64,000 bases of DNA, taken from Octopus sinensis (taxonomy: Eukaryota). The stretch covers positions 14,797,579 to 14,861,578 of the forward strand of contig NC_043026.1 in NCBI RefSeq assembly GCF_006345805.1, written 5' to 3'. Made by a program: the position numbers and the translations under genes. Position 1 is the stretch's first letter. Every line of letters starts with the position of its first letter. Positions 1 through 11,927 of the stretch are shown here, one piece after another. The notes beneath the pieces are model-generated. The model worked only from the letters and a program-made list of their open reading frames with translations. It had not been told where the DNA came from and did not search any database.

Positions 1-410
1 TACTCTTTACTCTTTTACTTGTTTACAGATTTGACTTGTGGCCATGCTGGAGCACCGCCTTTAGTCGAGCGAATCGACCCCGGGACCTATTCTTTGTAAG
101 CCTAGTACTTATTCTGTCGGTCCTCTTTTGCCGAACCACTAAGTTACGGGGACGAAACACATCAGCCTCGGTTGTCAAGCGATGTTGGCGGGACAAACAG
201 GCACACAAACATATACACACACATGCATATATATATATATACATTATACGAAAGGCTTCTTTCAGTTTCCCTCTACCAAATCCATCACAAAGGCTTTGGT
301 TGGCCCGAGGCTATAGTAGAAGACACTTGCCAAGGTGCACGCAATGGGACTGAACCCGGAACCATGTGGTTTGTAAGCAAGCTACTTACCACACGCCACC
401 CCTACGCCTA
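1..410 (-). mobile_element. tRNA-derived SINE family A (many copies: ~9277-10205, 13996-14760, 19980-20392, 21310-21720, 22208-22620, 23198-23700, 26405-26790, 27070-27690, 31705-32390, 42115-42320, 47938-48340, 61370-61960)
   Basis: Pol III-type head ggcgcaggagtggctgtgtggtaag...ggttcagtcccactgcgtggc, shared body, internal (TA)/(TG) tract and ...gaaacaagtaaaagagt tail, repeated throughout the window. Confidence 0.85.
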
Positions 411-825
411 CATATACATAAACATAATATATACACACATATATGTATGAAGGAAAAATAGGGGCTAAATATATTCAGGTGAATCCGTTTTTTTGAAGAG
501 GTATTAGCCCAGATTTAAAAGCACTTAAAAGCAGTTCATGGAAATGGAACCTGCTTCACTAAATTGTCCAGGTATCAATACAACAATCCATATACCTTGT
601 TATTAATTTCTTGAGGCAGGTACAATTTGCAAATACAAAGTCGAGCACCAATTAAATTTGGTGGATTAATTAGAAAGTGTGGCTGGAAAAGAAGTACAGA
701 ATGACAATGCATTTTTAGTGATTTCTTTAGCAGTGTGTATGCATTCACTATGATACATAGATGGCTGTTTTAATTAAATACTGCCGCAGCTGCATATAAC
801 ATATTTAACATGGCCAATGCCAGTG

Positions 826-1212
826 CCGCCTAGGCTGGCTTCCGTGCCGGTGGCACGTAAAAAGCACCATCCGAATCGTGGCCGATGCCAGTGCCGCTTT
901 GACTGGCTTCCGTGCCGGTGGCATGTAAAAAGCACCATCTGAATCGTGGCCGATGCCAGCGCCGCCTTGACTGGCTTCTGTGCCGGTGGCACATAAAATG
1001 CACCAATCCGATCGTGGCCGTTGCCAGCTTCGCCTGGCACGTAAAAACCAGCCACTACACTCACGGAGTGGTTGGCGTTAGGAAGGGCATCCAGCTGTAG
1101 AAACACTGCCAGATCAGACTGGAGCCTGGTGCAGCCTTCTGGCTTCCCAGACCCCAGTCGAACCATCCAACCCATGCTAGCATGGAGAACGGACGTTAAA
1201 CGATGATGATGA
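826..1212 (+). mobile_element. SINE family B with internal ~62-bp repeat and (GAT)n tail (copies ~3837-4140, 6970-7270, 15690-17000, 19740-19935, 23890-25535, 42630-43080, 56230-56715, 58760-59050)
   Basis: Shared gtgccggtggcacgtaaaaagcacc repeats, ggttggcgttaggaagggcatccagctgtagaaa core and ...ggacgttaaacgatgatgat tail. Confidence 0.8.
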
Positions 1213-1765
1213 TGGGGTGGGGTGCCATTTACAACGTTTCCTATATCAGGGGTGATAAATTCTCTGGATCAACGTGAAATAAAGTGTCATCCTTAAGGAC
1301 ACAAAGCCCCACAGGGAATCGAGCTCAAAACCTAATGATCATGAAGCGAAGATCCTAACCACTCAGCCATGATTCTTTACTCAAAGCCCTGACATAAAGG
1401 TTTACAAAAGCCAAAGTATAAATACTAGGGAACTTTTCCGTTTGAACGGCAGATTTCAACACAATTTCTAGTAACTAAACACTTTTAAACTTATATACTG
1501 GAGAATGTGTTTAGAAAAACATCATTTTTCTCTTGGTTTTATTGAGAAAATTCTATAGTTTGTAAGATATTTCGTCTGAAAATCCGAGCATTTCAGCAAT
1601 TTTAACCAATCGATTACCTCCATTCAACTAAAATCATTTGCTGCGTCTAAAACTGAGAAACATCCTGTAACTAACCCTAACCATAATTTTTTTTTTTTCT
1701 TAATTGTTAATTAATTAATTGTTACGCGGTGTAAAAAAAAATGAAAGCAATGGAAAATGATTTAA

Positions 1766-2175
1766 CCCTTTTGTTACTATATTTCTGACAAAATACACCC
1801 CTCATGAGTTTCAATTAAATTCTAAAATAATCATGAATCTAGGCTTGTTTCATTAAATAACTGTAACTTTTTTACTTATCAACATTTTAATGTGATATTT
1901 GGAACATAATTAAAGAAAGGGTTCTTAATCAAAAAAATGCCGAAAAAAATGTGGAAAAAAATCTCCCAAAATTCAGGGAATTAAAATTACATGTCGATCG
2001 TTGTACAAAACTGTAGATTAACTGTTTACGAAGCATAATCACGTGTTTTCACGAATGTACTAAAGAGATTTGCTCTGATATTCTCATTTAAATATGAATA
2101 GGTAAATTCGGGCAGTTTGGTCACATTAACCAAAATTTTTTTCGGGCGGCTTTGGGCGGTTTGGTAACGAAAGGG
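1766..2175. mobile_element. piggyBac-like MITE (TTAA TSD) nested in another MITE
   Basis: TTAA-CCCTTTTGTTAC ... GTAACGAAAGGG-TTAA. Confidence 0.75.
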
Positions 2176-3218
2176 TTAAACAATTAACAAACAAAAAGAT
2201 TTTATAATTTTATACACACGCTTTCTGTACGTATAGGGAAAGCGTGTGTATATGTTGTCTCAGTTTTAGATGCAGCAAATGATTTTAGCTCAAAAGAGAG
2301 CATAGGATTGGTTAAAATTCGAAAAATTAAACTACGTTAAACAAACAAATTACAATTTTCTCAAGAAAGCCAAGAGAAAAAATGTTTTATCTTGACACAT
2401 TCTACCAGTATACGAAGTTTTAAAGTGTTTAGTAAACTAGAAATTGTGTTGAAATCAGGCCTTCAAAAGGAAAAGATCCAGAAAATGTTTTATTTTGACA
2501 CATTCTACCAGTATACGAAGTTTTAAAGTGTTTAGTTAACTAGAAATTGTTTGCCGTTCAAAAGGAAAAGATCCAATACTAGAGTACGGAAACTCTTTTA
2601 AAACCCCTTGACCGGCTGTGCCCCAAGGTGGCCAGAGTCCAACACTGGACATCAGGAGCAGAATATAAGAGAAAAGAATACTTACGGCTGTAGCTTTGTC
2701 CACCCGACTGGTATGAGGAATAGCCTCGATCATTGCCAAGTTGCCCGTACGATGCCATGACTGGTCAACACCACGCGGGATGAAGAAACCTTGCTGGATG
2801 CCTCTCTGCTATGAATGATACCTGCTAGATGCTCACCAGATGTGTACTGGATATAAGGGTCCTCTATGTGTTCACCAGATGTAGGGGGTTCTGCTAGATG
2901 TCCAGCAGATGTGTATGTTTGGCAAGGAAATCAGATTATTCTGAAAACAAAAAAGAAATTATTGGGGTGAAAATAAAATGAATGCATTTCTGTTGAAGAG
3001 CGTAGGCTCGAAACATAAAAGACTTGTTTTATTTATATTCCTGAGCGCTATACTAATACAATTATTTGTTTGTATTCCACCTGCCTTCGTCTTTTGTTTA
3101 TATTCATAAAGTTTCCCGTTATATATATATATATATACAAAATAAGAAAATGGAGAAATACATCTTAATCAATAATCAACTACCAGATAATACCCAATCA
3201 CATAATTTATTAAACCAC

Positions 3219-3250
<32 letters not shown>

Positions 3251-3434
3251 TATATAATATATTAGGTTTGTCCCAAAAGTTCGTAAACACTTGCGAAAAT
3301 TGAATTTTTACTCGCCAGTACTAACAAAAAAACAGCAAAAATTATTCCTCAAAATAAAGACCATTATTTTCCAAGACTTTCTACGAACTTTTGGGATAAC
3401 CTTATATATATATATATGTATATATTATATATAC

Positions 3435-3472
<38 letters not shown>

Positions 3473-4139
3473 CTGGAGTAAACACATAAATGTGAAACAA
3501 GGTGGAAAAAAGAGTACTCAAATACCAGTGGTAGAGTAATATGCTTTATTTAAAGCAGCAGAATATATATATATATATATATGAAAAAACAAGTCAAGAT
3601 AGAAAATGCTAAAATAATTTTATAAAGAACATTTCAGTACCAGTTTCGGTTATTTGAGACCATTTCAACTGTAATGATTAAATAATTAAATTTAGAAAAA
3701 TTAAAAGAAAAGTTTTTTTGAAAGAATATTTGTATAGTGTTCAACTATAAGTGGCATTTTCCTTGTTTCTGCCTTTCTCTGTCTCTCTTGTTTACTCTTG
3801 TGGGTTCAAGGTCCATGTGAATTCTTGGTATATATATCATCATCATCATCATCATTTAACGTCCGTTTTCCACGCTGGCATGGGTTGGATGGTTCGACTG
3901 GGGTCTGGGAAGCCAGGAGGCTGCACCAGGCTCCAGTCTGATCTGGCAGTGTTTCTACAGCTGGATGCTCTTCCTAATGCCAACCACTCCGTGAGTGTAG
4001 TGGGTGCTTTCTACGTGCCACCAGCACAGGTGCCAAGGGAGGCTGGCAATGGCCACGATCGGTTGGTGCATTTTACGTGCCACCGGCAAGAAAGCCAGTC
4101 AAGGTGGCGCTGGCATCGACCACGTACGGATGGTGCTTT

Positions 4140-5110
4140 TTAAAGTTATGTATGTGTGTGTGTGCATGTGAAAGTGTATATATTTGTGTGTGTGTTATTT
4201 CCCCCTCAACTTCATGTGTGTGAACACGTCAATGTTTTCTTGGGTGGTGGTTTTGAAGGATGCAGTGCTCCGACAACTAACAACTGATGCTGGCAGTTTG
4301 TTCCATACTTCAGCAAATCTTAGCGTGAAAAATTGTTTCCGAAAGTCATGGGAGCTGTGCTGTTTTCTGACTTTGTAAACATGTCCACGGGTGTTAGACG
4401 GGTGGAGTTTTTAAATAATAATAATAATGAAATTATTGTATACAGTGCTCGGGTGCACCACAACTTGTCAGAAAGTGCGTATAAAGCATCTGCAGTAATG
4501 TACAAATGTCTGGAAAGCGAACAGTGTATGAGTCAGATACATGCTTGTGTGTGTATGGAGGGGAGAAAATCAGGTGTAATGTTGGTGAATCTCAGAAAGC
4601 ATGGAAGTTCTGAAGGATGCAGTGCTCCAACAACTAACAACTGATGCCGGCAGTCTGTTCCATGCTTCAGCAACTCTCAGCATGAAAAAATGTTTCCGAA
4701 AGTCATGGGAGCTGTGCTGTTTTCTGATTTTGTAAATATGTCCTCGGGTGTTAGACGGGTGGAGTTTGAAAAGGTGCTCAGAGTTATTGTTAGTAAGATG
4801 GTTGATAATTTTATGGGTGTCTGCCAAGTCAGCTGCCAGATGTCGGAGTTTCAATGTGTCCCCAGGGAAGTAAGGTGTTCAGAATATGGCAAATGCCTGA
4901 TGGAGGGTATTCTCTTGGTTGCACGTCGCTGAACAGCTTCCACACGATTAATATCCTGGGCAAGATAGGGGTTCCAAACCGGTGATGCAAATTCCAGGTG
5001 AGGTCGCACCATAGCTATATAAAGCCGCAGATAGATAGCTGGAGAGCCCAGGTCACGTTATGCTTTCAGAGCATCTTCTTCCACTGCTAATTAGGTCACC
5101 TAGGTAACAG
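4140..5110 (-). mobile_element. CR1/L2-type LINE 3' fragments (related copy 33350-34200)
   Basis: LKLRHLAADL...TRGHIYKIRKQHSSHDFRKHFF.LRVAEAWNRLP, typical CR1 ORF2 C-terminus, with internal duplications. Confidence 0.8.
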
Positions 5111-5519
5111 ATATTATTCACCACCTCCAAGAATCCTCCTCAAGATTCAAGAAATCTATTTTGCTTGAGTATTTAGGGTTTAATTTTTCTCTTAATCTTC
5201 CAGTGCCTCCACTACATCTATTAAGTGTTAATAACATGTATGTGTATGTGTGTATCTATCTATCCATCTATCTATATATACATATATATATATATATATA
5301 TAGTATGCCATGATAGATCGTTAGCTCCTACACGCATTTTTTTTCTCTCCTTGTTTTTTTTCTGTGTATCTTTCTGTCGAAGAGCGTAGGCTCGAAACAT
5401 AAAAGACTTTTTCTATTTCTATTCCTGAGCGCTATACTAACACATTTGTTTGCTTGTATTCCATCTGCCTTCGTCTTTTGTTTATTTTCGTAAACTTTCC
5501 CGTTATATATATTTTTCCT

Positions 5520-6140
5520 GAGAAAAATGAAAAGTGGAACGGCTATTGGGAGGTAACTGCAGATTTACCTGGGTGCCGGGTTTTCTCTCCCATCCCAGTT
5601 ACGAAAAAAACAGATATTTTGATGTGGTGTGAAAGAAAGAAAGTTGTAAATATAGTCGAGCTAACGGTTCCTCACGAAGATAATATGGACGCCGCTCGGG
5701 CTCGAAAATTGAACCATTATGAAAACCTCCTCGAGGAATGTGAAGACGCAGGCTGGAAAGCGGAACATTTTCCTATTGAAGTCGGATGTAGAGGGTTTGT
5801 TGGACACAGCGTGAGACGACTGTTGTTATCGCTAGGCCTAACTCATCGTAAAGTCAATACCACCATGACTGATATCCAATCTACAGTGGAGAAGGTTAGC
5901 CACTGGATTTGGTTAAAAAGAGACGATGAACGATGGCTAGAAGTATATTGAGTTCTTCATAACCAGCCGATCTAGCAAGCGGAGCCTCATATCAGTGAGG
6001 GGGGGCCAGTGCGCATTGATGCCATCAAGAGGTAGGCCCCGAAACGGCGCACATTCTCTCCTGATGACCCCATACACTTGCTAGCTTCCAGTATACGGAG
6101 CTTTTAACTGGTAGCACTTGCATGTGCAAGTTGTTTGCAA
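5520..6140 (+). mobile_element. 5'-truncated RLE-type (HERO/NeSL-like) non-LTR retrotransposon
   Basis: KTDILMW...IVELTVPHEDNM...RKLNHYENL...GW...PIEVGCRGF restriction-like endonuclease domain; stop at 5951, then a structured 3' UTR. Confidence 0.8.
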
Positions 6141-6141
6141 G

Positions 6142-6172
<31 letters not shown>

Positions 6173-6339
6173 AGATCAAAAGATAAACCGGCCGAAACTG
6201 CAAAGACTATCTGCTTCTCAACTGATGTTTGAAAGCTCCAAATGACCCGTCCTTGTTTTTCCCCGTCCTTTTTTCAATCATCTAACTGTCTGAATGTGTT
6301 GTTAGCTGTTACATCCTTGTTCCATTTTTTGCTCTGATA

Positions 6340-6340
6340 T

Positions 6341-6375
<35 letters not shown>

Positions 6376-6970
6376 CACACTTATATATGTATATATATAT
6401 ATGCATACACACACTTATATATATGTATATATATATACATACACACACTTATATATATGTATATATATATACATACACACACTTATATATATGTATATAT
6501 ATATACATACACACACTTATATATGTATATATATATACATACACACACTTATATATGTATATATATATACATACACACACTTATATATGTATATATATAT
6601 ACATACACACACTTATATATGTATATATATATATGTATATATATATATACATACACATATATATGTATATATATATATATATATACACTTATATATATAT
6701 ATACACACACACACACATACATGTCTATATATATATGTATATGCATATATGTATACATATGTATGTGCATATATGTATATATAAGTACATATAATCTATG
6801 TATATATATATGTGTATATATATGTATACATATGTATATATGTATGCATATATATATATGTGAATACATACGTATATATGTATGTATATATATGTGTATA
6901 CATATGTATATATGTATGTATATATATGTGTATATGTATATATATGTGTGTGTGTATATATATATATATT
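6340..6970. repeat. (TA)n-derived compound microsatellite (similar at 8340-8900, 37700-38060 and many others)
   Basis: Source of the spurious YIYI ORFs. Confidence 0.92.
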
Positions 6971-7582
6971 ATCATCATCATTTAACGTCCGTTTTCCATG
7001 TTGGCATGAGTTGGACAGTTTCACTGGGGTCTGGCAAGCCAGGAGGCCACAACAGGCTCCAATTTGATTCGGTAGTGTTTCTAAAGCTGGATGCCCTTCC
7101 TAATCCCAACCAATCGGGGAGTGTGGTGGGTACTTTTTACTCGCCACCGCCACATGGGCCAGGCAGGGCAGGGGGAGTGGCATCGACCATGTTTGGGGAA
7201 TGGCATCGACCATGTTCGGATAGTGCTTTTTACATGCCAGTGGCATGGACACCAATCACACAGCACTGACATCAGCCAATATATGTATGTGTGTGTATGT
7301 GTATATATATATATATATATCAAAAATAATGCTGATGATTATATATATATATCAAAAATAATTGCTGATGATTGCTCAGCATTTTAAAACTGTTGTAATA
7401 CTTACAACATTTAATAAAATATGTAGCGTGAAACGATCGTACCAAATTACCGAAGTTATTCTTGTTGCTTATTTTTTATTATAATCACCCATAGATTTAT
7501 ATGGATAACACTATACAAAATTCTGGTGCATCTAACTTAAGTGCCATATTCATTTGAATCTAAATTTTGCTGAACTTATATA

Positions 7583-7614
<32 letters not shown>

Positions 7615-7619
7615 CACTC

Positions 7620-8120
7620 AGTCAAAGTCGACCCTCGGTTACTCGTTGGATCAGTGTCCTCCAGTCAGTTCTATCCTGGGTCACTTCTTTCAGATTGGCT
7701 ATGTCCATTCCGGTATCACTCCTGATGGTGTCAAGCCAGCAGGTTCTTGGTTGGCCTCTTCCTCTCTTGCCACTGACCATTCCAAGCATGATGTCCTTCT
7801 CCAGGGATTTTCTCTGCATAATATGACCAAAATATGCCAATCTATGCTTGGTGATCCTAGCTTCTGACGACATTTTCGGCCTTATCTGCTTAAGAACTTC
7901 TCCATTGGTCAGCCTCTTCCTCTCTTGCCACTGACCATTCCAAGCATGATGTCCTTCTCCAGGAATTTTCTCTGCATAATATGACCGAAATATGCCAATC
8001 TATGCTTGGTGATCCTAGCTTCTAGCAACATTTTCGGCCTGATCTGCTTAAGAACTTCTCCATTGGTGAGCCTCGCTGTCCATGGAATCTGTAAAAGTCT
8101 TCTCCAACACCAAAGCTCGA
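7620..8120 (-). mobile_element. RTE-clade LINE 3' fragment with internal duplication
   Basis: [14 protein letters not shown]...RLAYFGHIMQRKSLEKDIMLGMVSGKRGRGQPRTCWLD. Confidence 0.85.
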
Positions 8121-8371
8121 ATATATGTATATATTTATATATAACGGAAAGCTTTATGAAAATAAACAAAAGACGAAGGCAGGTGGAATACAAACAAACA
8201 ATTGTATTAGTATGGCGCTCAGGAATATAAATAAAACAAGTCTTTTACGTTTCGAGCCTACGCTCTTCAACAGAAAGATACACAGAAAAGAAACACGGAG
8301 AGAAAAAATATGCGTGCAGAAGCTAGCGAATCAACATGGCGATACATATATATATATATATATAATGTATG

Positions 8372-8468
<97 letters not shown>

Positions 8469-8485
8469 ATATATATATATGTATG

Positions 8486-8516
<31 letters not shown>

Positions 8517-8652
8517 ATTATATATATATATATGTATGTATATATATATATATATATGTATGATATATATATATATATATTTGTGATATATATATATATA
8601 TATATATTGTTGTATATATATATATATATATATATAGTATGTATATATATAT

Positions 8653-8712
<60 letters not shown>

Positions 8713-8812
8713 CTTATATATATATGTATGTATATATATATATCATGCTAGCATGGAAACGGAACGTTAAATGATGATGATGTATGTAATATATATATTG
8801 TATGTATGTATA

Positions 8813-8846
<34 letters not shown>

Positions 8847-10503
8847 CATATATATATATACACATATACATACCTGTGTGCGTATATATATATATATATA
8901 TAATATTTGGATAGACACACAACAGGATTCCATTAATAAATTCAGTCATCCATGGGATTGAACAAGAAACAATGTACTTAGGAAGTAAATATGTTCTATA
9001 AAACAAATCTACATAAACACACACACACACATTATATATATCCACCAAATGTACCACTCCTTCTCATTCGAGCATTTCAACATATACACACACTCATTGT
9101 TCAAGTGTTCCTGTGCATGTATACACAGAAGACGGACGTTAAAGGATGATGATACAGGCAGTTATGCAGATAAATAAATTAGGTACATCAATAATATCTC
9201 TGGATCTCATTTGTGAACTAAATAATATATATTGTGTGAGTATATATATATATATATATATATTGTGTGTGTATAGGCATAGGAGTGGCTGTGTGGTAAG
9301 TAGCTTGCTTACCAACCACATGGTTCTGGGTTCAGTCCCACTGCATGGCACCTTGGGCAAATGTCTTCTACTATAGCCTCGGGCCAACCAAAGCCTCGTG
9401 AGTGGATTTGGTAGACGGAAACTGAAAGAAGCCCGTCGTATATATATGTATAGGCACAGGAGTGGCTGTGTGGTAAGTAGCTTGTTTACCAACCACATGG
9501 TTATGGGTTCAGTCCCACTGTGTGGCACCTTGGGTAATTGTCTTCTACTATAGCCTCGGGCCGACCAAAGCCTTGTGAGTGGATTTGGTAGACGGAAACT
9601 AAAAGAAGCCCGTCGTATATATATGTATAGGTGCAGGAGTGGCTGTGTAGTAAGTAGCTTGTTTACCAACCACATGGTTCTGGGTTCAGTCCCACTGCAT
9701 GGCACCTTGGGCAAATGTCTTCTACTATAGCCTCGGGCCAACCAAAGCCTCGTGAGTGGATTTGGTAGACGGAAACTGAAAGAAGCCCGTCGTATATATA
9801 TGTATAGGCACAGGAGTGGCTGTGTGGTAAGTAGCTTGTTTACCAACCACATGGTTCTGGGTTCAGTCCCACTGTGTGGCACCTTGGGTAATTGTCTTCT
9901 ACTATAGCCTCGGGCCGACCAAAGCCTTGTGAGTGGATTTGGTAGACGGAAACTGAAAGAAGCCCGTCGTATATATGTATATATATATGTATATGTGTGT
10001 GTGCGTGTATGTTTGTGTTTGTCCCCCTAGCATCGCTTGACAACCGATGCTGGTGTGTTTATGTCCCCGTCACTTAGCGGTTCGGCAAAAGAGACTGATA
10101 GAATAAGTACTGGGCTTACAAAGAATAAGTCCCGGGGTCGAGTTGCTCGATTAAAGGTGGTGCTCCAGCATGGCCGCAGTCAAATGACTGAAACAAGTAA
10201 AAGAGTATGTGTGTGTGTGTGTATCTCCAATCTCTGAGTCAGATGGAAGTATATGTATGTATATAGACTCACATGTATGTGTGTGTGTATATATACTTAT
10301 AATATACACAGAACAATATAGATTCATACACAGACTATGTGTGTGTGTGCGTGTGCGTCTATATGCATGTATATATATATTTCTTTTAATTTTTCTAAAT
10401 TTAATTATTTAATTGTTACAGTTGAAAAGGTCTCAAATGACCGAAACCGGTACTGAAATGTTCTTTATAAAATTATTTCAGCATTTTCTATCTTGACTTG
10501 TGT

Positions 10504-10542
<39 letters not shown>

Positions 10543-11585
10543 TAAATAAAATAAAACATATGCATATATATATATACATATATGTACGTACCTACCTCTA
10601 CATGTATATATACATGCATATATGGGTACAGGACACCAAAAAAACGTCGAACACAATGAGAAACGAAAACATAGACACAAACCAAAGGAACTAGACATTT
10701 TTTAAAAAACAACAAAAAAATAGAGTACAGGACAATTAACACAAAGAAAAAACCCCTTCTTCAGTCGCTAAAGGTTTCATCTACTCTACATACATATCCC
10801 TTTTTTTCCTGTTTCCTACTTATAAAATTTCGAGGCTGGAAAAATCCTCCACTATGACCATCACCAAAGAAAAATGCCATTTTTTTTTTTTCATTTTGAT
10901 TCCTTTTCCATTCGACTTTCCTTTTCCCATGAGGTATGGGACTTTGAAGGATAGTTACTTAAAAACTACATGTTTACACGCACACACGTTTGTGTGTTAT
11001 TAGTATTCGGCGGAAGCAACAGGGTGACCAACGGGCCGAGAGTTTCGTGGGTTGTCACTTCGTTTTATATAATATATATATATATATCAGGAAAGGGGCG
11101 GGCGGAGGTAAAGAATACGCACACCATCCGTTTTCGGCGTAACCCTAACCCTAATGCTAACTCTGACCCCTAACCCTAAACACCGGGTGTGCGCATTTTT
11201 TACCTTCGCAAAGGGGCGATGAGAGGTGCATGATAAAGAATTCGGTACAAAAGAGGAGGTTCCGTAAAAGCAACACCCACCCACCTAAAATAAAGGATCC
11301 CTGTATATTGCAATGACGGGTTTTTCAACTGTCTGATCAACGCCCCCCCACCCCCAATACATCTCATTATAGCGGATGTGGCCGAGTGTACCGCAGACAT
11401 GTGATTGGTTTTTTGACAATAATGTCATCTCAGCGGTGGCTGGATCTTAGAAACGCAAAGACACCACCGCTCGCCACCAACATGGGTCGAGCCGAGGCCA
11501 GAATCGGGAACGAACCCACAGCCTCAAAACTGTGAACAGCAGTCTTAAACTCTGGACTATGCCTGCGTTCATTTCATTAAAACAC

Positions 11586-11636
<51 letters not shown>

Positions 11637-11823
11637 TCACACACAGACATATACATGTTTGTACGTGCGTATAAGCACGTATGTATGCATGTATGTATAT
11701 ATATATATATATATATAACTCGATTTATATGGATGCCTGTGTCGTAATATCTAGTGTGCACACACACACACAATTGCACCGTGAATATAACAAAATATAG
11801 GTGTACTTATGAATATGTACATA

Positions 11824-11859
<36 letters not shown>

Positions 11860-11887
11860 CACACACATATATATATATATGTGTGTA

Positions 11888-11927
<40 letters not shown>

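Noticed and set aside
5454-5951. Stand-alone nuclease gene, or intact RT genes in the LINE fragments
   Set aside because: 5'-truncated or frameshifted retrotransposon remnants; no complete ORF2 in the window.
6340-9060. Long [12 protein letters not shown] ORFs (also 41079-41803, 51604-52530, 55567-56226, 59561-60426)
   Set aside because: Translations of dinucleotide and tetranucleotide microsatellites; open in several frames at once with no protein-like content.
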